Positions 35,986-46,517 are shown, numbered from the stretch's first letter. The stretch is 50,541 nt of DNA from Flavobacterium sp. (GCA_017997335.1 JAGOFG010000001.1:1-50541), one strand, 5' to 3'. Numbers and translations are program-made. The notes: generated by a model from the letters alone, not told the origin.

Positions 35986-37158
35986 TTGAATTTCGACTTT
36001 TTAAACTTTGACGTTCAAAATTTCATAAACGATCAATTAGACCAAAACATCACTAAACTTGCTTTACAAAAAAATCCATTCCCAAACATTGAATGGAAAA
36101 CAATTTTAGGACAGATAGAAAGCAAAGCAAAAGCTAAGGAAAAGCTTCCAACTTGGTTTTCAACTCCAAACATTATATATCCTCCAAAAATTTCGATAGA
36201 ACAAACCTCGTCAGAAATTACCGCTTCTTTTAAATCTAACTTAATTTCAGGAACCAACTTAATAGATTTAACAGGTGGATTTGGAGTAGATGACTTTTAC
36301 TTCGCTAAAAAGTTCCAAAAAATAGTGCATTGTGAAATTAATCCTGAACTATCAGCTATTACAACTCATAACTTCACACAATTAAAGGCTTTAAATATTG
36401 AATGTAAAACTGGTGATAGCCAAGACATTCTAAACAATATTGATAAAAATTGGGATTGGATATACATTGATCCTTCCAGAAGAAACGAAAGTAAAGGCAA
36501 AGTTTTTATGCTAAAAGACTGTCTTCCAAACGTACCTGAAAATATTGATTTTTATTTTACAAAATCAACATCAATCTTAATCAAAACAGCACCATTATTA
36601 GACTTAACTGCTGGTTTATCAGAATTAAAAAATGTAAAATCCATACATATCGTGGCCTTAAACAATGAAGTAAAAGAACTATTATGGGAACTTCATAAAG
36701 ACTATAATGGGCACGTTTTCATAAAAACTGTAAATCTCCTTAAAAATAAAGAGGAAAAATTTGAGCTTCCTACTTATGACTGCGAACCTACTTATGGTTT
36801 GCCAGAAGAATACTTATATGAACCTAATAGTGCAATAATGAAATCTGGAGGTTTTGATGTTGTTAGTTCAGTTTTTAAGTTGAATAAATTACATCTAAAT
36901 TCACATTTGTATACTAATTCAGAATTGATTGACTTTCCTGGAAGAAGATTCAAAATCAACAAAAAACTGAATTACAACAAATTAGACATAAAAAACAACT
37001 TAGCGAATCAAAAAGCAAATATTACGACACGAAATTTCCCTGAAAGTGTTGAAAACATCAAAAAAAAATGGAAAATAAAAGATGGAGGAAATAGTTATTG
37101 TTTTTTCACAACCGATATAAATAACGACAAAATAGTTTTAATTTGCAGCAAAATATAA
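35986..37158 (+). CDS. Class I SAM-dependent methyltransferase with THUMP-like C-terminal domain
   Basis: EQTSS, DLTGGFGVD, IDPSRR, YEPNSAIMKSG, FPGRRF, DGG; TTG start 2 nt after the upstream stop. Confidence 0.82.
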   Translation: MNFDFLNFDVQNFINDQLDQNITKLALQKNPFPNIEWKTILGQIESKAKAKEKLPTWFSTPNIIYPPKISIEQTSSEITASFKSNLISGTNLIDLTGGFGVDDFYFAKKFQKIVHCEINPELSAITTHNFTQLKALNIECKTGDSQDILNNIDKNWDWIYIDPSRRNESKGKVFMLKDCLPNVPENIDFYFTKSTSILIKTAPLLDLTAGLSELKNVKSIHIVALNNEVKELLWELHKDYNGHVFIKTVNLLKNKEEKFELPTYDCEPTYGLPEEYLYEPNSAIMKSGGFDVVSSVFKLNKLHLNSHLYTNSELIDFPGRRFKINKKLNYNKLDIKNNLANQKANITTRNFPESVENIKKKWKIKDGGNSYCFFTTDINNDKIVLICSKI

Positions 37159-37164
37159 AACAAC

Positions 37165-37734
37165 ATGAAGCAACTATTACTCACCATTTTTACCATTTCA
37201 ACTTTTTCTTTATTTGCACAAAAACAATGCGACTATAGCACCAATGTCGTAGATTCAATAGGAAGCTATAAAGTCACAAAAGAATACATGATTAGTGAAA
37301 AAAACTTTGCAGGAACTTCAAGCTATATTTTCTTTTCACTAGCCCTAACTGACGGTGTACCCACTTTAAACATTCAATTAATACAAAAAAGTAAAGGCTT
37401 CATAAAAGCCAATTGTTTTGATAAAAACTCAAAATTATTCCTTCAATTAAATGATGGAAATATCATTTCTTTAATCCACAAAGATCAAGAAAACTGCGGA
37501 ACACTTTTAAGAGACGATAAAGGATTTGATAACAGAGTCACTACAGGAGAATTTTATTTTTTGAAAGATAGTTTTGAAAAATTAAAAAGCTCCCCATTAT
37601 CACTAATGCGAATAAAATATTTGACGGATTTAGAAGATTACATCATAAAAAAGGAATTCACATCTGAATTAGACAACAAAGTCTACCAACCAGAGAACTA
37701 TTTTATAAAAAATATTTCTTGCATAGAAAACTAA
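37165..37734 (+). CDS. Exported hypothetical protein
   Basis: Signal peptide LFA|Q; four Cys that could form two disulfides. Confidence 0.75.
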   Translation: MKQLLLTIFTISTFSLFAQKQCDYSTNVVDSIGSYKVTKEYMISEKNFAGTSSYIFFSLALTDGVPTLNIQLIQKSKGFIKANCFDKNSKLFLQLNDGNIISLIHKDQENCGTLLRDDKGFDNRVTTGEFYFLKDSFEKLKSSPLSLMRIKYLTDLEDYIIKKEFTSELDNKVYQPENYFIKNISCIEN

Positions 37735-38384
37735 TCACATTTCCATTTAGTATTAGCTACTTTATCAGACATAGCAGAAGCTAAATTGTAATGCCACCAT
37801 TCTGACTCAAATGCTTTAAATCCACTTTGAAGCATAATTTTCTTAAGCATATTACGGTTATCCATTATCTTTTTATCTGAAAATGGATAGCTGTGACTTG
37901 CTTCCTTTCCAAAAAAATCAAAGGCAGTCCCCATATCTAATTCGTTGCCCTCCAAAGTTACAAGAGTTATATCTACAGCTCCTCCTCTATTGTGAATGGA
38001 ACCTTTAGCAGGATCCGCCACATATTCCGGATTTGGTACTAATGCCCACATTTTTTTTTGAATATCTAAAGGACGATAACAATCAAAAAGTTTAATCTTA
38101 TACCCCTTTTTAATAAACTTATCATTAGCCATAATCAAAGCTTTTACTGTTTTTAATCTCAAAAAGCATTCCGCACAATCATACATTTTTGATTTCAAAA
38201 AATTATCGTTAGTGGCATATTTCATATCGTATATAAAATCATCGCTATACTCACTCAAATTAACAAAAGTTGTATCAGCGACTATAGTATTTACAATATC
38301 TTTTGTACTAGTCTGAGGCGACTGAGCATAAGTAAAAGAAGGTAAAAAAAAGATAAAAAAAGAAGGAAAAAAAAGTAAACGCAT
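37731..38384 (-). CDS. M15 D-Ala-D-Ala dipeptidase (VanX/DdpX family), exported
   Basis: YAT.DNF, DCYRP, SIHNRGGAVD (SxHxxGxAxD), DMGT.FD, EWWHY; ATG 38384 (TTG 38390 is the alternative). Confidence 0.92.
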   Translation of the reverse strand: MRLLFFPSFFIFFLPSFTYAQSPQTSTKDIVNTIVADTTFVNLSEYSDDFIYDMKYATNDNFLKSKMYDCAECFLRLKTVKALIMANDKFIKKGYKIKLFDCYRPLDIQKKMWALVPNPEYVADPAKGSIHNRGGAVDITLVTLEGNELDMGTAFDFFGKEASHSYPFSDKKIMDNRNMLKKIMLQSGFKAFESEWWHYNLASAMSDKVANTKWKCD

Positions 38385-38439
38385 GATCAAATGTTTTTAT
38401 AAATGTATACTATTTGAATCAAAAAAAAGGATATAAAAC

Positions 38440-38470
38440 AAAAAAACGATACTATCTCTAGTATCGTTTT
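38440..38470 (-). terminator. Terminator of the tRNA operon
   Basis: CGATACTA/TAGTATCG stem with T7 on the minus strand. Confidence 0.85.
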
Positions 38471-38473
38471 AAG

Positions 38474-38547
<74 letters not shown>

Positions 38548-38554
38548 ATTGTTG

Positions 38555-38629
38555 TCGGGGTGGCAGGATTCGAACCTGCGACCTCCTGCTCCCAAAGCAG
38601 GCGCGATAACCGGGCTACGCTACACCCCG
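38555..38629 (-). tRNA. tRNA-Pro(UGG)
   Basis: CGGGGTG/CACCCCG acceptor stem, CCTGC-TT-TGG-GA-GCAGG, GGTTCGAATCC. Confidence 0.96.
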
Positions 38630-38637
38630 AGTGCAAG

Positions 38638-38721
38638 CGGAGAGACAGGGACTCGAACCCTGGCGACGGTTACCCGTCGACAGATTAGCAATCTGCTCCA
38701 TTACCGCTCTGGCACCTCTCC
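38638..38721 (-). tRNA. tRNA-Ser(GCU)
   Basis: GGAGAGG/TCTCTCC acceptor stem with G73, GCAGA-TT-GCT-AA-TCTGT, long variable arm GACGG-gtaa-CCGTC. Confidence 0.96.
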
Positions 38722-38753
38722 TAAAACAAGAAAACTATCTCGTTTTGCGGTTG

Positions 38754-38784
38754 CAAATTTAAGTTAACTTTACGTTTCTCACAA
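38754..38784 (-). promoter_or_regulatory. Promoter of the tRNA operon
   Basis: TAAATTTG (38754-38761) with TTG (38782-38784) 20 nt upstream. Confidence 0.72.
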
Positions 38785-38925
38785 CTATTTTGTAGCTTTT
38801 TTTTAAATAAAATTCAATAAAAATTCAAAACACTTCACAATCAAACAAATAGAATAAAATAGTTTTAAAATTTTCAAATTATTCCATATTATTTGATAAA
38901 AATATGAAATAGGATCAAAAAAGAT

Positions 38926-38933
38926 TAAATTTG
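38926..38933 (+). promoter_or_regulatory. -7 promoter box for the thiolase
   Basis: TAAATTTG; it contains the TTG that the ORF track used as a start. Confidence 0.65.
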
Positions 38934-38960
38934 CTAAACAAATCAACATATTTTTACATT

Positions 38961-40139
38961 ATGAATAAGAAAGTAGTCATAGTCTCAGCTGTTAGAACTC
39001 CAATTGGCAGTTTTATGGGAGGTTTATCAAGTATTACAGCCCCAAAACTTGGAGCAGCTGCAATAAAGGGGGCTTTGGAAAAAATTCAATTAGACCCTAA
39101 TTTGGTCAATGAAGTTTATATGGGAAATGTTGTTCAAGCAGGTGTTGGACAAGCACCCGCTAGACAAGCAGCAATTTTTGCTGGATTATCTAATGAAGTA
39201 GCATGCACTACAATCAATAAAGTTTGTGCATCAGGAATGAAAGCAGTAATGCTTGCATCACAAGCTATTCAATGTGGTGATGCCGATATTGTTATTGCTG
39301 GTGGTATGGAGAATATGAGTTTAATACCTCATTACATGAATCTTCGCTCAGGGACAAAATTTGGGCCTAATACAATGGTTGATGGAATGCAAAAAGATGG
39401 ACTTACCGATGCTTATGACAATAACGCAATGGGTGTTAGTGCTGATTTATGCGCAAATAAGTATAACATTTCAAGAGAAGAGCAAGATGCATTTGCAATT
39501 CAATCCTACAAAAGATCATCTGAAGCATGGAACTCAGGTAAATTTAACAACGAAGTAATTCCAGTTTCTGTTCCACAAAGAAAAGGTGATCCAATTATTA
39601 TTAGCAAAGACGAAGAATTTTCAAATGTAAATTTAGATAAAATTCCTAGCTTGAATCCTGCGTTTACCAAAGAAGGTACTGTAACCGCTGCAAATGCTTC
39701 AACAATCAATGATGGCGCAGCTGCTCTTATACTTATGAGTGAAGAAAAAGCATTATCTTTGAACTTAAAACCTTTAGCATACGTTAGAAGTTATGCTGAT
39801 GCAGCACAAGAACCTAAATGGTTTACAACTAGTCCTGCAAAAGCATTACCTATTGCACTAAAAAAAGCTGGTTTAACTACCAGTGATGTTGACTTTTTTG
39901 AATTTAACGAAGCATTTTCAGTTGTTGGCTTGGCGAATTCAAAAATACTTGGATTAAATAATGATAAAGTCAATGTTAATGGAGGTGCAGTATCATTAGG
40001 ACACCCTCTTGGTTGTTCAGGAGCAAGAATAATAGTTACATTAATTAATGTTCTTGAACAAAACAATGCTAAAATCGGAGCCGCAGCAATCTGCAATGGT
40101 GGCGGAGGGGCATCAGCAATAGTAATTGAGAAAATATAA
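38961..40139 (+). CDS. Acetyl-CoA C-acetyltransferase (thiolase)
   Basis: SAVRTPIG, NKVCASG, NEAF, GHPLGCSG, CNGGGG; start at ATG 38961. Confidence 0.95.
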   Translation: MNKKVVIVSAVRTPIGSFMGGLSSITAPKLGAAAIKGALEKIQLDPNLVNEVYMGNVVQAGVGQAPARQAAIFAGLSNEVACTTINKVCASGMKAVMLASQAIQCGDADIVIAGGMENMSLIPHYMNLRSGTKFGPNTMVDGMQKDGLTDAYDNNAMGVSADLCANKYNISREEQDAFAIQSYKRSSEAWNSGKFNNEVIPVSVPQRKGDPIIISKDEEFSNVNLDKIPSLNPAFTKEGTVTAANASTINDGAAALILMSEEKALSLNLKPLAYVRSYADAAQEPKWFTTSPAKALPIALKKAGLTTSDVDFFEFNEAFSVVGLANSKILGLNNDKVNVNGGAVSLGHPLGCSGARIIVTLINVLEQNNAKIGAAAICNGGGGASAIVIEKI

Positions 40140-40149
40140 ACAAAAGGAT

Positions 40150-40182
40150 AATTGAGGTTTAATTTTTTAAACCTCAATTTTT
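40150..40182 (+). terminator. Hairpin, probable terminator or attenuator between the thiolase and the C40 peptidase
   Basis: AATTGAGGTTTA/TAAACCTCAATT followed by TTT; ends about 12 nt before the next ATG. Confidence 0.6.
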
Positions 40183-40194
40183 AAATTTAAGATA

Positions 40195-40956
40195 ATGTTT
40201 GGAATCTGTAATTTAGCCATTATACCCCTACGATCTGAGTCAAGTGATAAAAGTGAGATTGTTTCACAAGTTCTTTTCGGAGAGCATTTTCAAATAATTG
40301 ACACTTATAATCAATGGTCAAAAATAAGATTACAGTTTGATCAATACGAAGGATGGGTTGACAGCAAACAATATCAGTTGATTAGCGAACAAGAATTTAA
40401 GCATTTATCAAATGACAGCATCATATTAAGTGCCGATTTAATAGAATATATTACAGACTCAAATGGCTTATTACTACCTATTCCACTTGGTTCTAGCCTT
40501 TCTTTTTTAAATTACAATGAAATTAACACTAAGAAATTCAGTTTTGAAGGAACAAGAACTAGTGGCATCAAGAAAAAAAACAATCTTATAAAAACTGCTT
40601 ATATGTATTTAAATGCTCCGTATTTATGGGGCGGTAAAACACCTTTTGGAATTGATTGTTCAGGGTTTACACAAATGGTTTATAAGTTAAATGGATACCA
40701 TTTAAAAAGAGATGCTTCTCAACAAGCTTTTCAAGGAGAACCACTTAGTTTTATTGAAGAAAGCGAACCTGGAGACTTAGCTTTTTTTGATAATGAAGAT
40801 GGAAAAATAATACATGTCGGAATTATTATGTCTGACAACTATATCATTCATGCAAGTGGAAAAGTAAGAATTGACAGACTCGATCATTTAGGAATTTACA
40901 ACACCGAAACTCAAAAACACAGTCACAAATTAAGAGTCATAAAAAAAATTATTTAA
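40195..40956 (+). CDS. NlpC/P60 (C40) peptidase with N-terminal SH3b-like domain (YkfC-like)
   Basis: SQVLFGE...YEGWV; PYLWGG, GIDCSGF, PGDLAFF, HVGI, IIHA. Confidence 0.92.
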   Translation: MFGICNLAIIPLRSESSDKSEIVSQVLFGEHFQIIDTYNQWSKIRLQFDQYEGWVDSKQYQLISEQEFKHLSNDSIILSADLIEYITDSNGLLLPIPLGSSLSFLNYNEINTKKFSFEGTRTSGIKKKNNLIKTAYMYLNAPYLWGGKTPFGIDCSGFTQMVYKLNGYHLKRDASQQAFQGEPLSFIEESEPGDLAFFDNEDGKIIHVGIIMSDNYIIHASGKVRIDRLDHLGIYNTETQKHSHKLRVIKKII

Positions 40957-40958
40957 GC

Positions 40959-40999
40959 AAAAAAAAAAAAAATGTTCCTCAATTGGGAACATTTTTTTT
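40959..40999. terminator. Bidirectional intrinsic terminator
   Basis: A14-TGTTCC...GGAACA-T8 between convergent genes. Confidence 0.85.
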
Positions 41000-41011
41000 G
41001 TTATAATTATT

Positions 41012-42076
41012 TTATCCTTTAGCTTTTAAAGCCTCATATTTATCTGTCATATCTAAGGAACGGTATAAATTGAGTAATAATTTTGATATATCTTTATTAC
41101 TAGGCTCCAAAGTCAATGCTTTCTCAAGATAACCAACAGCAACTTTAACTTCCTCATCTTTCTTAATTTTCAACTCATCATACTTTTTCATATCCTCAGC
41201 AGATGTTCCTAGCAAAGCAATTTTATCTGCTATTTCTTTTTTCTTATCAAGTTTTACATACGCCAAATCCATATATGTCTCAACATCATTAGGATTAATT
41301 GCTATAATTGCTTTATAATTACTTTCCGCACTGGCGACATCCCCTTTTACAGTATAGATATAAGCTATTCTCTTTAAAATATCAGATTTTTTTGATTTAG
41401 CCTTAACATTTCTAGGTTTAATATGCGAACCTTGCTTTACCCCTAAATCTCTATTAATTGCAGAAACAAAAAGCTCCTCTTGATTTGTTGACTTATTTGT
41501 AGCATAATACTCCATTCCATTACCAGAAAACTTCATATTCTTTAACAGTTCAAAATTTTTCAAGGCTAAATCATACTGTTTTGCATTAAAATAATTTGAA
41601 GCAGCATTATACAAGTTCAACGTATCTTTTTTATCCATTTCATACAAATAAAACATTTTATTTGCAGCATCACCAAAGCGTTGTGCATTGTTATCATCAA
41701 TAGCACTTTTATCTAAAACATTTTTTAATTCTCTTACAGATTCTCTTGCTTGAACAGCATACTTTAAATTACCGGAATCAACTTCATTTAAAATTAATTC
41801 ATTATAGCAAGCAACAGCAAGAGCCATATTTTTTGGAGCTTCATTTTTTTTATCTGCCAAAGCTGTATACGTTTTTGCTTTTGCAAAATAATAATCTGAT
41901 TTGTCATCGTCTTTTGCATTAGTAATCAAATACTCAATTTCATTCAAAATAGTTAAAGAAGCCTGAGTATTCCCCTTGGCTAATTCTGCTTGAGCAGTCT
42001 TAATTTGCTCTTTTTGAGCCATACTTGAAAAGGTAACGCTAAACATAATTAGCGCAGAAAAGTACAATTTCTTCAT
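41012..42076 (-). CDS. Exported TPR protein (short paralog)
   Basis: Signal peptide SMA|Q; TPR-like helical repeats; clear similarity to 42340..43611. Confidence 0.85.
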   Translation of the reverse strand: MKKLYFSALIMFSVTFSSMAQKEQIKTAQAELAKGNTQASLTILNEIEYLITNAKDDDKSDYYFAKAKTYTALADKKNEAPKNMALAVACYNELILNEVDSGNLKYAVQARESVRELKNVLDKSAIDDNNAQRFGDAANKMFYLYEMDKKDTLNLYNAASNYFNAKQYDLALKNFELLKNMKFSGNGMEYYATNKSTNQEELFVSAINRDLGVKQGSHIKPRNVKAKSKKSDILKRIAYIYTVKGDVASAESNYKAIIAINPNDVETYMDLAYVKLDKKKEIADKIALLGTSAEDMKKYDELKIKKDEEVKVAVGYLEKALTLEPSNKDISKLLLNLYRSLDMTDKYEALKAKG

Positions 42077-42286
42077 AGCAGGTATTTTTTTGGTAGGATT
42101 AGGTTTGATAATTTTTTTTTGGATTTTTTAACTAAATTAATAATATATTAACACTGCCAAAATAGAATAATATTTTGATTTTACAAATACTTAGCACATA
42201 AAAAAATATATTATACTCAAATAATTAAAAATTAGTGAATTCATCAATTATTTAACATACAAATCAATTTCAACTAATTATAGTAC

Positions 42287-42323
42287 AAAAAAAAACCATT
42301 TAAATTAATAAATGGTTTTTTTT
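42287..42323 (-). terminator. Terminator after gyrA-TPR
   Basis: A9-CCATTTA...TAAATGG-T8. Confidence 0.78.
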
Positions 42324-42339
42324 AAACAATTTTTAAAAT

Positions 42340-43611
42340 CTATTGAATTTTCGCTTTTAGCTCTTTGTATTCAGCAGTCATTTCTAATGCGCTGTAAACA
42401 TTCATAAGCGTTTTTGCAACATCAACATTTTTTGGATCTAATTCTACTGCCTTTTTAAGAAAAGGAATAGTACTTTTAAACAATTCTTCACGTTTTTTCT
42501 TTAACACATCATAACGCTTCATATCATTAGTAGAAGTACCTAATTTATTCATCTCATCGATTATAGGTTTTTCATTTTCTAATTTCAAAGCAGCAATGTT
42601 TATGTATGCATTTGTATAAGCAGGATTAATTTCAATCACTCTATTATAGTACTTTTCAGCATCTACATTATTTTTTGCATTTGCACTAATTACACCTAAA
42701 TTAAAAACTAAATCCGCGTCATTAGGGTTTTTAACCAAAATATCTGCTACTAATTTTTTATAAGTATCATAATCTTTTGCTTCCAAATACAAATTTGCTT
42801 CCGTCAAAGCTAAAGAAGTATCTTCTGGATTAGCTGTTCTCGCGTCGGCAATAGCTTGTTGTGCTTCTTTTGATTTACCTTGCTGTACTAAAATTAAGGC
42901 TACGTTTTTATAAATCTCACCTCTTTTAGAAGGAATAACTTCTGTTCTTGGCTTTTCATGTGTTCCTAATTTAATCATACGATCTCTTTCAGCAGCAGTT
43001 AAATACATATCCTCTTGAGACGTTAATTTGTTTACTGCGAAATAATTAGTTCCTTTACCAGAATAGTTTAATTTCTTTAACTCATCATAATTTTTAAGAG
43101 CAGCATCATAATTCCTAGAATTCACATACGTTGAAGCTGCATAATATAAATTTATTGTGTCTTTTTTATCTAACAAATAGGCATCATACAATTTTTTAGC
43201 AGCTACTTCATGCTTATCCGATTTTGAATCAGCAATGGCTTCATTAATCAATTTGTATTTAATATCCATTACAGATTTAGTTGCTTGTGCTGTATATTTT
43301 GATTTCCCCGAAGCTTTCTCAACTTCAATCAACTCTTGGAATGCACCAGCTGCTAATGATAAATTAGCATCTTTATCTACGCTTTTGTTAGCTAAATCTA
43401 ACATTACATTTCCTTTAACAAAGTAGTACTGTGCTTTTTCAGCCTCAGTAGCATTTGTAATTACTGATTCAGCATCTAACAAAATTGTTTTCGCTTCATC
43501 GGATTTACCTGCTTTTAATGCTTTTTCAGCAGCTTTAATTTGATCTTTTTGTGCAAAAGTGGCTACTGATATCAACATTGTTGATGCAAGTAATACATAT
43601 TTACTTTTCAT
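42340..43611 (-). CDS. Exported TPR protein (long paralog)
   Basis: Signal peptide TFA|Q; 34-aa repeats ending NPED, NPND, NPAY and DPKN. Confidence 0.88.
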   Translation of the reverse strand: MKSKYVLLASTMLISVATFAQKDQIKAAEKALKAGKSDEAKTILLDAESVITNATEAEKAQYYFVKGNVMLDLANKSVDKDANLSLAAGAFQELIEVEKASGKSKYTAQATKSVMDIKYKLINEAIADSKSDKHEVAAKKLYDAYLLDKKDTINLYYAASTYVNSRNYDAALKNYDELKKLNYSGKGTNYFAVNKLTSQEDMYLTAAERDRMIKLGTHEKPRTEVIPSKRGEIYKNVALILVQQGKSKEAQQAIADARTANPEDTSLALTEANLYLEAKDYDTYKKLVADILVKNPNDADLVFNLGVISANAKNNVDAEKYYNRVIEINPAYTNAYINIAALKLENEKPIIDEMNKLGTSTNDMKRYDVLKKKREELFKSTIPFLKKAVELDPKNVDVAKTLMNVYSALEMTAEYKELKAKIQ

Positions 43612-43637
43612 GGTATTCTATTTTTATTTATTATTTA

Positions 43638-46259
43638 TTAATCTTCATCATTTACTTCATCTTCCTCTTCGTTGTCATCCTCAATTACTTCATCATCTTC
43701 GTCCTCCTCTTCTTCAACACTATCATCTTCAAGCACTTCAAGAACTGGTTTTACACGTTCAACAGCTGAATTTTCAGAATTTTCATCTTCTGCTTCATCT
43801 TTCATTACTTTTGTTACCGCAGCAATCGAGTCGTTTCCTTTTAAATTAATCAGTTTAACTCCTTGAGTAGCACGTCCCATAACACGCAAATCTTCAATAG
43901 CCATTCTTATGGTTAAACCTGATTTGTTAATAATCATCAAATCATCAGCATCTGTAACTGCATTTATGGATATTAATTTTCCAGTTTTCTCGGTAATATT
44001 AAGCGTTTTTACTCCTTTACCTCCACGATTTGTAATTCTATACACATCCTCTCCGTCCTCATCAACTAATTTTGTACGCTTACCATAACCATTTTCTGTT
44101 ACAACTAAAATCTGAGAATCATTAATATTTTCTTTATCCACAGTAACCATTCCAATCACTTCATCAGAATCATCTTTTAAAGTAATTCCGCGAACACCAG
44201 AAGCTGTTCTACCCATTGGTCTTGTCTTAGTTTCCTCGAAACGAACAAGTTTACCAGACTTAACAGCTAAAATAATCTGACTTTCACCATTAGTCAATTT
44301 TGCTTCTAATAATTCATCACCTTCTTTAATTGTAATAGCAGCTACTCCATTAACACGAGGTTTTGAATATTTTTCTAAAGAAGTTTTCTTTACTTGACCT
44401 TGTTTAGTAACCATTATTAAATTATGGCTATTTATGTAGTCTTTGTCCTTTAAATCTTGAGTGCAAATATACGCTTTAACTTTGTCATCACTTTCGATAT
44501 TGACTAAATTTTGTATTGCTCTTCCTTTAGCAGTCTTAGTTCCTTCAGGAATTTCATACACTCTCATCCAGAAACATTTCCCTTTTTGAGTAAAGAACAT
44601 CATATATTGATGATTTGTTGCCACAAACATATGTTCCAAGAAATCTTGATCTCTTGTACCAGCACTTTTTTGTCCTACTCCTCCTCTATTTTGTGTTTTA
44701 TACTCACTAAGATTAGTACGTTTAATGTAACCTGCATGAGAAATGGTTACTACTACGCTCTCATCTGCAATTAAATCTTCTATACTTACATCTCCACCAG
44801 AATACTCAATTAGAGAACGACGGTTATCACCGTATTTATCTCTAATTTCAATCAATTCTTCTTTTATCAAAGCGATACGCAAATTAACATCAGCCAATAA
44901 AGCACGTAAATGGTCAATCAATTTCATGATTTCTTCGTACTCCGCTCTCAATTTATCTTGTTCAAGACCTGTTAACTGTCTCAATCGCATTTCAACAATT
45001 GCACGAGCCTGAATATCTGAAAGTTTAAATCTTTCAATCAATTTCTCTCTTGCTTCTTCAGTGTTTTTAGAAGCTTTAATCAGTGCAATTACTTCGTCTA
45101 TATTATCAGAAGCAATGATTAATCCTTCTAAAATATGCGCTCTCTCTTCAGCTTTTCTTAACTCGAATTGTGTTCTTCTAATTACAACATCATGACGATG
45201 CTCAACAAAATAATGAATCAAATCTTTAAGATTCAACATTTGTGGACGACCATTCACTAAGGCAATATTGTTTACACTAAAAGAGGACTGCAATTGCGTA
45301 TACTTATACAGCGTGTTTAGAACCACATTTGGCGTCGCATCACGTTTCAAAATATATACGATACGCATACCGTTTCTATCCGATTCGTCACGGATATTAG
45401 CAATACCGTCAATTTTCTTTTCATTTACCAAGTCAGCTGTACGTTTAATCATATCAGCTTTATTAACTTGATAAGGAATTTCGGTAACAATGATAGATTC
45501 TCTACCATCAACCTCTTCAAAACCAACTTTGGCTCGCATTACAATACGTCCTCGACCAGTTTTGAAAGCTTCACGAACTCCTTCGTAACCATAGATTATA
45601 CCACCTGTTGGGAAATCAGGCGCTTTTATATGTGTAATTAATTCGTCAATTTCAATATCATTATTATCTATATAAGCTAAAGTTCCATTGACAACTTCTG
45701 TTAGATTGTGAGGAGGCATATTAGTAGCCATACCCACCGCAATTCCAGTAGCTCCATTAATTAATAATGTAGGCACACGAGTAGGCATTACTTTAGGCTC
45801 ATATAAAGTATCGTCAAAGTTCAATTGAAAATCAACTGTTTCTTTTTCGATATCTGCCATAATTTCTTCTGAAATTTTACGCATTCTCGCCTCTGTATAA
45901 CGCATTGCTGCAGGACTATCACCATCAACAGAACCAAAGTTACCTTGTCCATCTACCAACAAATAACGCATGCTCCATTCTTGAGCCATACGAACCATTG
46001 CATCATAAACAGAAATATCTCCGTGTGGGTGATACTTTCCTAATACTTCACCGACAATTCTCGCTGATTTTTTATGGGCTTTATTTGAAAAAACTCCTAA
46101 ATCATACATTCCATATAGCACTCTACGATGTACGGGTTTTAAACCATCTCTAACATCAGGAAGTGCTCTTGATACGATTACAGACATCGAATAATCGATG
46201 TAAGCTGATTTCATTTCATCTTCTATGTTAATAGGAATTAACTTTTCTCCTTCAGACAT
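43638..46259 (-). CDS. gyrA: DNA gyrase subunit A
   Basis: [25 protein letters not shown] catalytic Tyr, GyrA box QNRGGVG, acidic C-terminal tail. Confidence 0.98.
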   Translation of the reverse strand: MSEGEKLIPINIEDEMKSAYIDYSMSVIVSRALPDVRDGLKPVHRRVLYGMYDLGVFSNKAHKKSARIVGEVLGKYHPHGDISVYDAMVRMAQEWSMRYLLVDGQGNFGSVDGDSPAAMRYTEARMRKISEEIMADIEKETVDFQLNFDDTLYEPKVMPTRVPTLLINGATGIAVGMATNMPPHNLTEVVNGTLAYIDNNDIEIDELITHIKAPDFPTGGIIYGYEGVREAFKTGRGRIVMRAKVGFEEVDGRESIIVTEIPYQVNKADMIKRTADLVNEKKIDGIANIRDESDRNGMRIVYILKRDATPNVVLNTLYKYTQLQSSFSVNNIALVNGRPQMLNLKDLIHYFVEHRHDVVIRRTQFELRKAEERAHILEGLIIASDNIDEVIALIKASKNTEEAREKLIERFKLSDIQARAIVEMRLRQLTGLEQDKLRAEYEEIMKLIDHLRALLADVNLRIALIKEELIEIRDKYGDNRRSLIEYSGGDVSIEDLIADESVVVTISHAGYIKRTNLSEYKTQNRGGVGQKSAGTRDQDFLEHMFVATNHQYMMFFTQKGKCFWMRVYEIPEGTKTAKGRAIQNLVNIESDDKVKAYICTQDLKDKDYINSHNLIMVTKQGQVKKTSLEKYSKPRVNGVAAITIKEGDELLEAKLTNGESQIILAVKSGKLVRFEETKTRPMGRTASGVRGITLKDDSDEVIGMVTVDKENINDSQILVVTENGYGKRTKLVDEDGEDVYRITNRGGKGVKTLNITEKTGKLISINAVTDADDLMIINKSGLTIRMAIEDLRVMGRATQGVKLINLKGNDSIAAVTKVMKDEAEDENSENSAVERVKPVLEVLEDDSVEEEEDEDDEVIEDDNEEEDEVNDED

Positions 46260-46517
46260 AAGTTGTTATATTAAATAATTATATTAATTTCAAAACGTGC
46301 CAATATACGGCTTTCTGAACTTTTTTTTGGCATTTTAACAGTCTAATTTTTCTAATTTATTAACAATAAAAAAACCTGTAATAGTTAATAAATTCCGATA
46401 ATTTTAACTTTGATTCTTCTATTTTTTTTGTCACTTAGCTGACAGCTGATATTAGTAGGAATGATTTTTGTTTATAAATACTAAATCATTAAATTTACAT
46501 ATATAAAAAGATACCAC

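Noticed and set aside
37731-38384. vanX-type vancomycin resistance
   Set aside because: No vanH, vanA, vanR or vanS nearby; a housekeeping M15 dipeptidase in a Gram-negative host.
40959-40972. A14 homopolymer as a phase-variation tract
   Set aside because: Intergenic between convergent stops; it serves as the U-tract of a terminator.
43551-43866. His/Leu-rich and poly-Ser ORFs on the + strand
   Set aside because: Reverse-complement artefacts of the GAA/GAT-rich GyrA acidic tail.
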